A stretch of DNA of 64,000 nt. It comes from Bdellovibrionales bacterium (GTDB taxonomy: Bacteria; Bdellovibrionota; Bdellovibrionia; Bdellovibrionales; JAUICD01). The stretch is from contig OZ241865.1 of NCBI GenBank assembly GCA_965203275.1, positions 384,001 to 448,000 of the forward strand, written 5' to 3'. Position numbers and translations under genes: made by a program. Of the stretch, positions 41,630 through 52,800 are shown in pieces (the stretch's first letter is position 1; every line of letters starts with the position of its first letter). Below the pieces are notes generated by a model, which was not told the origin of the DNA, searched no databases, and saw nothing but the letters and a program-made list of their open reading frames with translations.

Positions 41630-43140
41630 TGATGAAACAAAGAATATATTTATTTTTAGGTTTATTGACTTTGTCGTCTGATTTTTTTTATACAGATGTG
41701 GCTTTGGCCCAACGTAATAAAGAACCTAAAAAGGATCGCAAGTACATTAATCTTGTTGTAGGACTTGACGAAAATGTCAAAATGCCTTACATGCCTCGCA
41801 AATATACTTTTAAAGGAAACTTTAAAAGATTCACCTCAGTGAAATATCTCAAAGAATTTAAAACTTTACGTTTTTCACCAAAAAGACAAGGGTCTGCTAC
41901 TTTAACTATTCAAGATAGGAGAGGACGTATTGTCTCAGAATTTTTCCTCACAGTTCGAAAGAGCAATCTCAATCGAGTAGCTAAGGAAATCCAATCACTC
42001 CTTAGTGAAATTGATGGAGTGACAGTTAAGATCATTGATAACAAAGTGATTGTGGATGGGCAGGTCCTATTGCCTAAAGAGCTAAGTCGTATCCACACTG
42101 TAGTAGAACAATATGGTAATGATAGGGCAGCTAATTTTGTCACTTTAAGTCCTGTCTCACAAAGGAAAATCGCAGAGTTTATAGAAAGAGACATCAATAA
42201 TCCACAAATCCATGTCAGAAATGTTAATGGTAAATTTCTTCTGGAAGGGATGGGCAATGCTTCTGAGAGTAATAGAGCGTATCAGATTGCACAGGTTTAT
42301 TTTCCAGATGTAGAAGTTATTCGAGGGGATGGTAAGGTGATCCGCCGGATTGGTTCAAAAAAGTATGTGATCAATTTAATCAAGCCTCCTCCACCAGCAC
42401 CTAAGCAAGAAAAACCACCAGATAAGTTAATTCAAATTATGGTACACTTTGTAGAATTAAATAAAGACTATCAAAAATCTTTTCGATTTCAGTGGCAACC
42501 AGATATTAAAGATGGTTCAAAACTTAATTATAGCACCGGTGGTGATGCTTTGGGTTTGGGAGGAATTGTAGGAACTATTACAGGGACTATTTCTAACTTG
42601 CTTCCTAAATTAAATTGGGCTAAATCACATGGACATGCCCGTGTTTTAAAAAGTACCAGTGTGATTGTCAAAGACGGAAAGAAAGGAGAAATTAATCAGC
42701 TATCAAAAATTCCTTATCAAGAACTAGGTGAAGGGGGTACCACAGGAACAGCTTTTGTAGATGTAGGTATTACATCTACAATTACACCCAGTGTTAAAGG
42801 AGCGAACGATAATATTGAGCTAGAGGTCGGCTTTGATGTGTCAGCTGTATCAGGTCAGCTTAGTAATGGCCAACCTATTATCGCTAAAAATAAGATTCAA
42901 ACAACTGTGGTTGTTAGGAGCCGTCAAAGTGCAGCCATTGGAGGTATTGTGTCTCAAACTAGTAACACAGGTTATAATAAGATACCAAATACTTCTGAAA
43001 ATCCGCTTATTTCATTATTAGCTTCAAAGGATTTTTTAAGAAAGCAAAGCCAGTTTGTTGTCTTTGTCACTCCTGTGATTAAAAGTTCTGCAAGCTCAGG
43101 CACAGAGCGTATCAAGCGTAAATTCCGCCTCAGTCAGTAG
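41629..43140 (+). CDS. cpaC: Tad secretin RcpA/CpaC with BON domains
   Basis: N-terminal Ig-like domain, BON-like region, secretin core (VHFVELNK, VVFVTP). Confidence 0.8.
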   Translation: MMKQRIYLFLGLLTLSSDFFYTDVALAQRNKEPKKDRKYINLVVGLDENVKMPYMPRKYTFKGNFKRFTSVKYLKEFKTLRFSPKRQGSATLTIQDRRGRIVSEFFLTVRKSNLNRVAKEIQSLLSEIDGVTVKIIDNKVIVDGQVLLPKELSRIHTVVEQYGNDRAANFVTLSPVSQRKIAEFIERDINNPQIHVRNVNGKFLLEGMGNASESNRAYQIAQVYFPDVEVIRGDGKVIRRIGSKKYVINLIKPPPPAPKQEKPPDKLIQIMVHFVELNKDYQKSFRFQWQPDIKDGSKLNYSTGGDALGLGGIVGTITGTISNLLPKLNWAKSHGHARVLKSTSVIVKDGKKGEINQLSKIPYQELGEGGTTGTAFVDVGITSTITPSVKGANDNIELEVGFDVSAVSGQLSNGQPIIAKNKIQTTVVVRSRQSAAIGGIVSQTSNTGYNKIPNTSENPLISLLASKDFLRKQSQFVVFVTPVIKSSASSGTERIKRKFRLSQ

Positions 43141-43363
43141 TCACTATTCCTGCTACCATCAACAATTGTGACATTCTATTTATTTTAATTTATTGAGATG
43201 GGCTTTTGATTTTCATTAACTGTTATCAACAAAAATCGCCTGCAATCCTAAAGTAGAGGTCTTTAGGGAGTTGAACAGCTTAAAGTCCTAAAGTTTTATA
43301 CCCTTATATGCTATCTTTATTTAAGAAAACAGTTATTTATAACCGAATAAATATAAGGAGGCT

Positions 43364-44011
43364 ATGATGAGATCTGTGACAACAAATGCTCTCCTCACTT
43401 CTTGTAGAGATTACTTTTCTGAAGTGATTGATGAGGGTATGCAACACACAAAATTTTATCCTTCAAAAATGGCTCGTTTCTATCTTTTAGAAATCATGGA
43501 GCAGTTTTTATCTTCAGATAATTTATTTGAAATGGAAAAGCAAACAGGAGAGGATGGTCAACCTTCAACAGGTACTCTTGCAGAAATGCTCTTGACTGCT
43601 ACCAATGAAAAGCACGGTGTACGCGTTAATCTTCTTAAAAAGCTTGCAGATACAAGTCTTTATATCAGTGGCTTTTTAGGTGATTCACTTAAATACAAAA
43701 TCATTGATATTGACTATTATGCTGATATTGGTTGTGTTGCTTATCAAAGGTTATCAAAAGTGATTAAGGATGAGTCCTTTCAAGAACTTTATATGGAGTT
43801 TGCTACAGATTTTATGAGCTTTATGGATTTGCTGACATTTTTTAGTCATAAATCCAATATTCAAACCAATACCGATCTATTAAGACTTTACGATAGATAT
43901 GTCAAAACAGGCTCTCGTGTGGCTAAAGAATTTTTAGAAACTCAAGGGGTGATCTCTGCTGGAGATGAAAACTCCTTAGATAGAGAAAAACTCAAAAAGT
44001 TTAATCAATAG
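43364..44011 (+). CDS. Conserved hypothetical protein
   Basis: AGGAGG RBS; helical protein with LADTSLYISGF..DSL....IDIDYY segment. Confidence 0.7.
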   Translation: MMRSVTTNALLTSCRDYFSEVIDEGMQHTKFYPSKMARFYLLEIMEQFLSSDNLFEMEKQTGEDGQPSTGTLAEMLLTATNEKHGVRVNLLKKLADTSLYISGFLGDSLKYKIIDIDYYADIGCVAYQRLSKVIKDESFQELYMEFATDFMSFMDLLTFFSHKSNIQTNTDLLRLYDRYVKTGSRVAKEFLETQGVISAGDENSLDREKLKKFNQ

Positions 44012-44054
44012 TTGAGCATTTGACCATTGATTTGTGTTTGAGGTAGTTGAAAAA

Positions 44055-46742
44055 CTAACGGCCATGGCATTTTTTGTATTTTTTACCACTACCACAATAA
44101 CAAGGGTCATTCCTCCCTGGCTTTGCACCCTGTCTTACAAAAGGGGTCTTAGATTGTATACGGGCCTTCATACCATTACTGCGATCAGTCGCTTGAGGAG
44201 GTAAATGTCTTCCAGAAAACTGTGTGAGATCTTCACCACTTTGCATTTCCATATCTGAAGGTGCTTGCCCATACCCCATATCATCTTCTAACTCGTTGGT
44301 TCTATTAGCTACAATTTGAATCTTAAAGAGTTTTTCTAAAGTTTCTGTTTTGATAGCTTGATCCATAGTTTCAAATGCTGCATAAGCTTCTTTTTTATAT
44401 TCAATCAAAGGATCTTTTTGAGCATATCCCCTTAAAGACACACTCTCTCGAATATGATCTACCACTTGCAGATGGTCTTTCCATTTGATGTCTATGGTTT
44501 GTAATAAAATCATCTTTTTAATTTGATCATAGTGGACTGCAAGATGTGCTTTTTGAGCTTCAAAACGATCCCCTACAAGAGATTTGATTTTATCTGTGAG
44601 TGACTGGCTTGTCCAATCTATCTCTTCATGATGAAGGTCAACAGCAAATTGTTGATGTAAAGCCACTCTGAGTTTTTCTAACTCCCACGTTTTTGGATCA
44701 CTGGTTTCAGGAGCATATTGATCTAATAATATTGAGGTCATCTCCCCTAAATATTCTTTGACAATAGTGTCAATATTATCTCCATCTAATACTTGCCGTC
44801 TAAGGGCATAAATTGTTTTACGTTGTTTATTCATAACATCATCATAATCAATGAGATGTTTTCGAATATCAAAGTTATGACCTTCGACCTTTTTCTGAGC
44901 CCCTTCAATAGCTCTTGACACCATAGACGAAACAATGGCTTCATCATCCGGTACATTGAGGCGATTCATAATTTTTTGAATTCGCTCTCCTCCAAATATC
45001 CTCATCAAATTATCTTCAAGAGATAAATAAAACAAAGAACTCCCAGGATCTCCTTGTCGACCAGACCGACCTCTTAATTGGTTGTCAATACGACGTGATT
45101 CATGCCTTTCTGTTCCTATAATATGTAACCCTCCTGCCTCAATGACTTTCTTTTTTTCTTCTTCACACTGCACAATATACTTTTGATAAACCTCTTGTCG
45201 TTTGCTTTCATTAGGTTCTAAAGTTTTTGTAAGGATATCTGGATTGCCTCCTAATACAATGTCTGTTCCTCGACCTGCCATATTTGTAGCAATCGTCACA
45301 GCCCCTTTGCGACCTGCTTGAGCAATGATTTCAGCTTCTTTTTCATGATGTTTGGCGTTGAGTATATTGTGTTTTACATTCAGTTGAGATAAAAAATTGC
45401 TAATTTTTTCTGATTTTTCAATACTCACTGTTCCTACTAAAATCGGTTGGCCTTTTTTGTTCTTTTCTTCAATGTCTTTAGCTATGGCTTTAAACTTAGC
45501 GTTTTCTGTTTTGTAAATGACATCATCATAGTCTATGCGAGCAATGGGTTCATTGGTAGGAACAACAGTGACTCCTAAATTGTAAATTTTTTGAAATTCA
45601 ACTGCTTCTGTGTCAGCTGTTCCTGTCATACCTGCCAGCTTGTCATACATCCTAAAATAATTTTGATACGTGATAGAAGCAAGTGTTTGGTTTTCGTTTT
45701 TGACTTGAACATGCTCTTTCGCTTCAATGGCTTGGTGAAGACCATCACTCCATCTACGACCTGGTTGCAATCGGCCTGTAAATTCATCTACAATAACAAT
45801 CTCACCATCTTTGATCATGTAATCGACATCTTTGTTGTAAAGGTGATGAGCTTTTAAAGCTTGGTAAATATGATGTAAGAGTTCAATATGTTTGGGATCA
45901 TATAAATTATCAATGTTGAGAAGTTTTTCAACTGTGTTATTGCCTTCTTCAGTCAACATAGCACTTTTAGATTTTTCCTCAATAGTAAAATGTATTTCTT
46001 TTTGAAGGCTTGGAATAATGCGATTGATCTTTGTATATTTATCTGTGGATTCTTCTGCTGGACCAGAAATAATTAATGGGGTCCTAGCCTCATCAATTAA
46101 AATGGAGTCGCATTCATCTACAATAGAAAAATAATGATCTCTCTGCACATAATCTTGAAGGTGATATTTCATGTGATCTCTAAGGTAATCAAAACCTAGC
46201 TCGTTATTGGTGGCATATAAAATATCTGAATTATAAGCTAGTTTACGTTCTTTATCTGATTGACTGTGTGTTACCACACCTACTGAAAGTTCTAAGAATT
46301 TATAAATTTGCCCCATCCAATCAGCATCTCTTGTAGCTAAATAATCATTGACTGTCACAAGGTGTACACCTTTACCTAAAAGTGCATTTAAGTAGATAGG
46401 GAGAGTGGCTACGAGAGTTTTACCTTCGCCTGTTTTCATTTCTGCAATTCGGCCCTTGTGCAGAATGTAACCACCAATGAGCTGTACATCATAATGACGC
46501 ATTTTAAGTGTACGGCAAGAGGCCTCTCGGCAAACAGCAAAGGCTTCTGGTAAAATATCATCCAGACTAGCTCCATTAGAAAGCTGTTCTTTAAATATAG
46601 ATGTTTTAGCTTTGAGTTGTTCATCAGATAGAGATTTGATAGATTTTTCTAGCTCATTGATTTGATCGACTAGTGGACGAATTCTTTTCATCTCACGATC
46701 ATGTGAACTACCAAAGATTTTAACTGCAATTGCTTTAAGCAT
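44055..46742 (-). CDS. secA: Preprotein translocase ATPase SecA
   Basis: MKTGEGKT, DECDSILIDEARTPLIISG, ATNMAGRGTDI, RRIDNQLRGRSGRQGDPG and SEC-C motif. Confidence 0.98.
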   Translation of the reverse strand: MLKAIAVKIFGSSHDREMKRIRPLVDQINELEKSIKSLSDEQLKAKTSIFKEQLSNGASLDDILPEAFAVCREASCRTLKMRHYDVQLIGGYILHKGRIAEMKTGEGKTLVATLPIYLNALLGKGVHLVTVNDYLATRDADWMGQIYKFLELSVGVVTHSQSDKERKLAYNSDILYATNNELGFDYLRDHMKYHLQDYVQRDHYFSIVDECDSILIDEARTPLIISGPAEESTDKYTKINRIIPSLQKEIHFTIEEKSKSAMLTEEGNNTVEKLLNIDNLYDPKHIELLHHIYQALKAHHLYNKDVDYMIKDGEIVIVDEFTGRLQPGRRWSDGLHQAIEAKEHVQVKNENQTLASITYQNYFRMYDKLAGMTGTADTEAVEFQKIYNLGVTVVPTNEPIARIDYDDVIYKTENAKFKAIAKDIEEKNKKGQPILVGTVSIEKSEKISNFLSQLNVKHNILNAKHHEKEAEIIAQAGRKGAVTIATNMAGRGTDIVLGGNPDILTKTLEPNESKRQEVYQKYIVQCEEEKKKVIEAGGLHIIGTERHESRRIDNQLRGRSGRQGDPGSSLFYLSLEDNLMRIFGGERIQKIMNRLNVPDDEAIVSSMVSRAIEGAQKKVEGHNFDIRKHLIDYDDVMNKQRKTIYALRRQVLDGDNIDTIVKEYLGEMTSILLDQYAPETSDPKTWELEKLRVALHQQFAVDLHHEEIDWTSQSLTDKIKSLVGDRFEAQKAHLAVHYDQIKKMILLQTIDIKWKDHLQVVDHIRESVSLRGYAQKDPLIEYKKEAYAAFETMDQAIKTETLEKLFKIQIVANRTNELEDDMGYGQAPSDMEMQSGEDLTQFSGRHLPPQATDRSNGMKARIQSKTPFVRQGAKPGRNDPCYCGSGKKYKKCHGR

Positions 46743-46833
46743 GGAACAACACCTAATACCTTTAAAAATATTATAACTTTTAAGAATTTTTACAGTCAAA
46801 TAATCATCTTAAGTATTTACATTTTATTATAGA

Positions 46834-46893
46834 GCCTGGTCTTGCCTGGCTTTACCTGGTTTTGCCTGGTCTTGATTGGTCTTGCCTGGTCTT
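46834..46893. repeat. Six 10-bp tandem repeats GCCTGGTCTT
   Basis: Direct reading in the divergent region upstream of secA. Confidence 0.85.
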
Positions 46894-47022
46894 CATAACC
46901 ATCAAAAATAAGTTTGACTTTTATAAAAATGCAGAGTATCCTATTTAAAGAAATCACATTATATTTGATATATTTAGATTTTGATAAGAATTACTTATAG
47001 TTTACAGATGTGGAGGTATTTT

Positions 47023-47598
47023 ATGGAAATACTCATTACAACAGGCTTTTTTACTGTGACAGCTTGGTATTTAACGCGAGCTGTTGCACATATAGATAAG
47101 AGATTTGAGGCTATGGATAAAAGATTTGAGGCTATGGATAAAAGATTTGATGACTTTAAGGAGGGGTCCAATAAGAGATTTAATGACTTTAAGGAGAGTA
47201 TCAATAAAAGGCTTGATGACTTTAAGGAGAATATCAATGAGAAATTTGATGGTGTTAATAAGAAATTTGATGATGTCAATAAGAAAATTGATGATGCTAA
47301 GGAGGAGTCCAATAGAAAATTTGATAATATAGATAAGAAAATTGATGATGCTAAGGAGGAGTCCAATAGAAAATTTGATAATATAGATAAGAAAATCGAT
47401 GATGCTAAGGAGGAGTCCAATAGAAAATTTGATGATTTTAAGTACTTCTTTAAGGAGTTAATTGCTCCTATCAATGAAAAGTTAAATAACCATATCACTG
47501 ATACTGACAAAAAAATTGATCATCTTCAAAATAATGTCAAAGAGATCAACCACAAAATAGATGAGATCAAGGTGCTTCTCACTCAGAATCAAAAATAA
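47023..47598 (+). CDS. TM-anchored coiled-coil repeat protein (Bdr/DUF1640-like)
   Basis: GGAGGT RBS; N-terminal TM; DKRFEAM heptads, 11-aa repeats and 18-aa KKIDDAKEESNRKFDNID repeats. Confidence 0.75.
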   Translation: MEILITTGFFTVTAWYLTRAVAHIDKRFEAMDKRFEAMDKRFDDFKEGSNKRFNDFKESINKRLDDFKENINEKFDGVNKKFDDVNKKIDDAKEESNRKFDNIDKKIDDAKEESNRKFDNIDKKIDDAKEESNRKFDDFKYFFKELIAPINEKLNNHITDTDKKIDHLQNNVKEINHKIDEIKVLLTQNQK

Positions 47599-48217
47599 CT
47601 TAGAGTTATTTATTCCATTTCCCTAATAGGATGTTCATCCGGGATCTGGGATCCGGCAACCCGGCATCTAAATGAACTTTTTCCTTAACATCGTGTTAAA
47701 AAATGAGGAGATCCTCCTCTACTCAAAATAAATGGATTTTCTAGGCAGTTAGCCTTTGATCAACGGCGATAAGCCGTTGGGCTAACTGCCAGAAAACATG
47801 CCAGAGGCATGATTTATTTTGAGTGAAACAACTGCCTTGTTTCCTTAACATGTGGTCAAAAAACGAAGAGATCCTCCCTACTCAAAATAAATGGATTTTC
47901 TAGGCAGTTAGCCTTTGATCAACGGCGATAAGCCGTTGGGCTAACTGCCAGAAAACATGCCAGAGGCATGATGCATTTTGAGTGAAACAACTAACTCTCT
48001 ACTAAAAGTGGTCAAGCTTTCTAGGTTGCCAGCATTTGAGAAGGCGATAGCCTTCGGCTGGCAACCAGAAAGTAGCCAGAGGCTAGACCACTTTTAGTGA
48101 ACCAGTGAACCAAGGAACTTTTTCCTTAACATGTAGTCAAGAAACGAAGGGATCCTCCCTACTAAAAGTAAACGGACTTTTGAGATAGCCAGCCTTTGAT
48201 CGACGGCGAGAGCCGTC

Positions 48218-49617
48218 GAGCTTGTCCCTGATATCGGTGAAAATAGACGGCTCATAAATTAGTTTTTAATTGTTTTTTCTTTTTGTCAATAATAATTTTT
48301 TTTAAACTTTGTTCTAATTGTTCTAAATCTTTAAATCCTTTAATGCTTTTGAAATGTTTTTCTGCTTCCAATAGACTCACAGCAGACCATCTTAAAACTT
48401 GATCTGAAGAAGAACTCCAATTCTTTACCCTCCGAACTTTTTCCCTCACAACTGAAAAAACAGACTCAATAGGATTTGTCGATGATAATGACCTCCTTAA
48501 AAGTAATGAAACTCCAAGCTTGATCGTTGTCAGTGTCTCCATCTCTGCCTCTTTTAAAGATGTGAATGCTGAATGATTGACCCGCTTTAACCAGCTTAAT
48601 AAAGACTCATGCTCTAACTTCGATGACAACTCATCTGGCATACCATGTAACTTCTTCCAACGACTCTTAAACTCTATGTGACGACTTGGAGGTAAGCAAC
48701 TCAGAATATTTCTCTCTTTATGCTGAATACAACGCTGAACTACTGAACGATCTGAAAATACTCTATCTATTCCCTTCCTTAATGCTTTGCTACCATCAAT
48801 CACAAAAAGATAACCCTTCTCTTTATCAAGACCACGACCTATAAGTCCCTCCAGAAGATCACGGCAAACTTCCCAACTCTCTGTATTGCCTTCTTTAAGA
48901 CCTAATATAACCTTCTTACCTTGATCTGTGATTCCTAAGGCCACTATAACCAGCGTAGAACCAATACCCACTCCATCTATCATTATCGCTGGAAACCTGT
49001 ACTTACTTAAATCACGATTGTTAATCGACTCAAGGGCTTGTTTAGATGACTTATTAAAAACTCTACTCACACTACTCCTAGAAAGTTTAAGCCCTCCTGA
49101 AATATCATCTAAAAGATGATTGTAATTCCGTGATGAAACTCCACTCATGGCATGTTTTAAAACACGATCACTGAGTATGTCATAGTGTTGAAGGGCTGAA
49201 TAGATCTTAAGCCTCACTTCACGACCTGACTGCTTAACACGAGGCTTCCTAACCTGCAACTTTTGACCACCTGCAAGTATGCTACCTTTATCACTACCAG
49301 CTCTATGATATGGTGTATCTCTATGACGACCATAACGCTCACCGCAAAGCTCTAATAGCTCTGCTTCAAAAAAACCATAGACCGAACAAAGAATAGATGA
49401 CTTGATCTCATCCTCTACAATCTGACGAATTTCTGACAAAGTATTGGCTGAAACTTGAAATGAATGACTATTTTTGGTACACTTCATAATGGCTCCTTTC
49501 TTTTTATTTTTAAAAGTTAATTGTTAATAAAATTTGGTTGGCTGAAATATGCCAACCAGGAGCCTTCTATCTTAACATCTTCTCTAAGAAAAATTCACCG
49601 AATTATAGGACATGCTC
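48218..49617 (-). mobile_element. Complete 1400-bp IS256-family element
   Basis: Imperfect 24-bp terminal IRs (GAGCTTGTCCCTGATATCGGTGAA / TTCACCGAATTATAGGACATGCTC) and 8-bp target duplication GAGCCGTC at 48210-48217 and 49618-49625. Confidence 0.93.
48252..49487 (-). CDS. IS256/Mutator family DDE transposase
   Basis: GVSSR, IMIDG, VALGI...G.K..LG, IDGSKAL, QRCIQHKERN and STNPIES motifs. Confidence 0.93.
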   Translation of the reverse strand: MKCTKNSHSFQVSANTLSEIRQIVEDEIKSSILCSVYGFFEAELLELCGERYGRHRDTPYHRAGSDKGSILAGGQKLQVRKPRVKQSGREVRLKIYSALQHYDILSDRVLKHAMSGVSSRNYNHLLDDISGGLKLSRSSVSRVFNKSSKQALESINNRDLSKYRFPAIMIDGVGIGSTLVIVALGITDQGKKVILGLKEGNTESWEVCRDLLEGLIGRGLDKEKGYLFVIDGSKALRKGIDRVFSDRSVVQRCIQHKERNILSCLPPSRHIEFKSRWKKLHGMPDELSSKLEHESLLSWLKRVNHSAFTSLKEAEMETLTTIKLGVSLLLRRSLSSTNPIESVFSVVREKVRRVKNWSSSSDQVLRWSAVSLLEAEKHFKSIKGFKDLEQLEQSLKKIIIDKKKKQLKTNL

Positions 49618-49868
49618 GAGCCGTCGGGCTGGCTATCCAAAAGCAGCCAGAGGCTGGTTTACTTTTAGTGAAACAGACAAATGTAGATATTAATATAGAC
49701 TATGGTTCAATTTGAGACAGTTTTTGAAAAAAATTAATTATTTTTGCATTTCTACCGATATAATTTGAGAAAGGTATAGAAGCAAAAAAACGAGTATAAA
49801 ATATATTCAAAGATAACAGAGCAGAACAAAACAAAAATTAGCTCAGTTAGAATATAATAAAAGGTATT

Positions 49869-52800
49869 ATGAATATAATAAAATTAAAATCTCTTTATTA
49901 TCTAAATCTCATTGTTTTATCTTGCATATTCATCTCTTGCGGAAGTGATAAAAATAACAATAATAATAACTTTAATAATAATCTAGAGGTTAATGTAACT
50001 AGTTTAGTGAATATGACTAAAGCTGTTAGGAATAAAGAATGGAGTTGGGGATGTGAGGAGTACAATAAAACAGATAAAAAAAGAAAATCCGTTGATTGCA
50101 CCTATCGTCACGAGATCAACAAAAAGAACTCTCATAAATTTGCAAGCAGTGTGAAGTATAACGATACAAAGAAAGCAACTCAAAAAGGTGCATCTGGAGA
50201 TGATGGTACAAAATATTATATCCATGTTCAGGCAAAATCTAAAAGCAATATAGTATCAAAAGTCAAAAGTGTTTATGCTCTATTAGATACAACTCCTCCA
50301 AAGGCTCCGCAATCTTCTAATGTAAAAGCTCCTATTAATAATAGTAGCGGAAAAACTTTTAAGGTGACTGTGAATAACCTTAAGAAGGGAGACACAGTGA
50401 CTATTTATGTAGAAGGTGGTAGTAGCTCTTCAAACTTTTTAGGGTTACGTTTTTTAGCTTCTCTTTTTAGTCGTAGGAATACAGAAGGAGGGAATTGCAG
50501 AGACGGTAATGCAGTAGGCAAAGCGACGGTATCTAGTGGCACTTCTGTGACAGTGGATGTCACAGCAAAGGAAGGAACAAATAGCTACTATGCTCAGATA
50601 GTGGATGAGGCAGGCAATAGAAGTCCATGTAGTGAGGTCTTTGACCATACAAATACCGGCGGAATTTTAGAGGTGACAAAGATTGCAACAGATAAAAATC
50701 CTCGCAGGTTTAAAAGCTGGGAGTGGAGTTGTAGTACAGAGAGTACGCTTCCTTGTGAATATCGTCATGTTTTAAATCAAAAAATCAGTCATACATTTGA
50801 TAGCAAGGCCACTTACTCTGCTAATAACAGAGCTAATACAAGTGGCAAAGCTGATGGGCGATGGTTTTTACATGTTCAAGCTAAAAATTCGAAGAGAGAA
50901 TCAAATATCAAATCTGTGTTTGTGAGGATTGATAAAACAAAGCCTGAAACTCCAAATACTGATTCAGTTAAAGTCACCCTTCTCAATCGTCAGACACATT
51001 CTTTGAGAGTGACTTTTAGAGATCTCATGCAAGGAGATCGCGTTTTTCTTTATAATGTATCAAATTGCCAGAGTAGCTCTTTGGGAACGACCACAGTAGG
51101 AGATAATAATGAGGGTGTGGTTACCCTGACAGCAACTGGCAGTCGCCAGAATTACTATGCTCGTGTCATAGATGAGGCGGGTAATAGGAGTGGATGTGGG
51201 CAGGTCTTTACATATCCAGAAAATGTGTTACCGCTATTGCCTACAGTGACAGGTCTAGAAAGTGATCAGACTCTTAGAAGAGTGAAAAGCTGGCAGTGGG
51301 GTTGCACTACAGAATCCACACATCCTTGTGAGTACCGTCATATAATTAATCAAAAAACCACCCATACATTTGCTAGCAGTGTGGCTTATACTATAACTGA
51401 TAGAGCAAATACAAGAGGGCAAGAAACCGATGGTACATATTATTTACATGTTCAAGCTAAGAATGTAGCTGGTCCTTCTGAGGTCAAATCGGTCAGTGCG
51501 AAGATAAAGAAAACACCTCCAACCCTAGATAAGGACGAGAACTTAGAAGAGCCTGTCCCTGTTGTCAACAATAGGGCTACTAGGTCATTGAGTGTGAATT
51601 TTGAGGAGTTAATGGAAGGAGATAGGGTTCGCATTTATACAGATAGTCAGTGTTCATCTTCTATAGGTTCAGAGGGGACAGTGGATTCAGATGGAACAGT
51701 TACGATCGACATCACAGCAAAAGCAAATCGCACTACTTACTATGGAAAAGTGACAGATAGGGCAGGCAATAGGAGCGGATGTACTCAGCTATTTACATAT
51801 CCTCCTGAAATTCTTGCTCCGCGTTTAGAGCTAGATGATACTCCTCTTGCCAATCCTTCTAATAACTACTTACATGATAGACCTACATTCAAAGTAAGTA
51901 ATGTAGAAGCTGGAGATACAGTGCTTCTTTATAAGCTTGAAGGTGAGACTGAATGTACTGGCACAGAATGTTGCAATAAAAATACAAGCGGGATAGACCT
52001 AGTGGCAAGTGCTGTATATCCAAGTACTGGTGGTGCAGATTTTACAATTCAGGTCGGTGATCAAATAAATAGTAACCCTCTCGATGAAAGTGAACTGGAA
52101 TATCCTGATAATTTTGTCATAGAACCAGAGGAGTTTACTTTTTATGTTGAAAGAAAATACACAGATGAAGATGGTGAGGAAGTTTCAAAATGTAGCAAGG
52201 AAAATAATGAAGGTGAATCTACTGAACAACAAAATAAAAAATCCGTAGCCTATAACCTCTGGCCTTGGCAACCTATCCATGTAGGAGGAGGTACTGGAGG
52301 TGATCCTTTAGGTTGTCTTTTATCAAAAGAGGGTGAAGTGAGTTGTTGGTGGTATGGTACTATCTTTAACGGATTAGAAAAGCACAAAAACCAATGTTTG
52401 CCTTCTGGAGGTCGGATTGATAACAATGACAATTCTGATAGCTATCCAAATACAGCAGATAAGCTTATGGCCATCTTTAATCCCAATCAATTAGAGAAGA
52501 AAATTGATTTGGGGTGCAGAAGTGGTAGTGGTTCAGATTGTCCAAAATATAAAGCCATTGCTTTAAGTGCAGGAGGACAAAGTTTTTGGGCAGCCTTTGG
52601 TACTGGTGTTCCTTCAGGACTAGGACATATTTGTGTACTTTTAGATGATCAAAAAGTCAAATGTTGGGGGCGTAACAATCATGGCCAATTAGGGCAAGAT
52701 GATGAGCTTGACAAAAATGATCCTGCTGAACTTAATCCAATTAATTTAGGGACAAACTTAAGGGCCAAAGCTATTTCAGCAGGTGGACTGCATACCTGTG

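Larger units (their letters stand above)
47617..49674. repeat. Mosaic structured-repeat array F (four - strand units; the last is split by IS256)
   Basis: Units at about 47680-47829, 47840-47988, 47999-48101 and 48118-48217 joined to 49626-49674. Confidence 0.9.

Noticed and set aside
46995..47510. Antisense and alternate-frame ORFs over the coiled-coil gene and over the lolA repeats (26671-27202)
   Set aside because: Low-complexity shadow frames of coding tandem repeats.
48218..49617. IS256 as the autonomous partner of the structured repeats
   Set aside because: Its terminal IRs share no evident sequence with the unit ends, and it interrupts a unit with its own target duplication.
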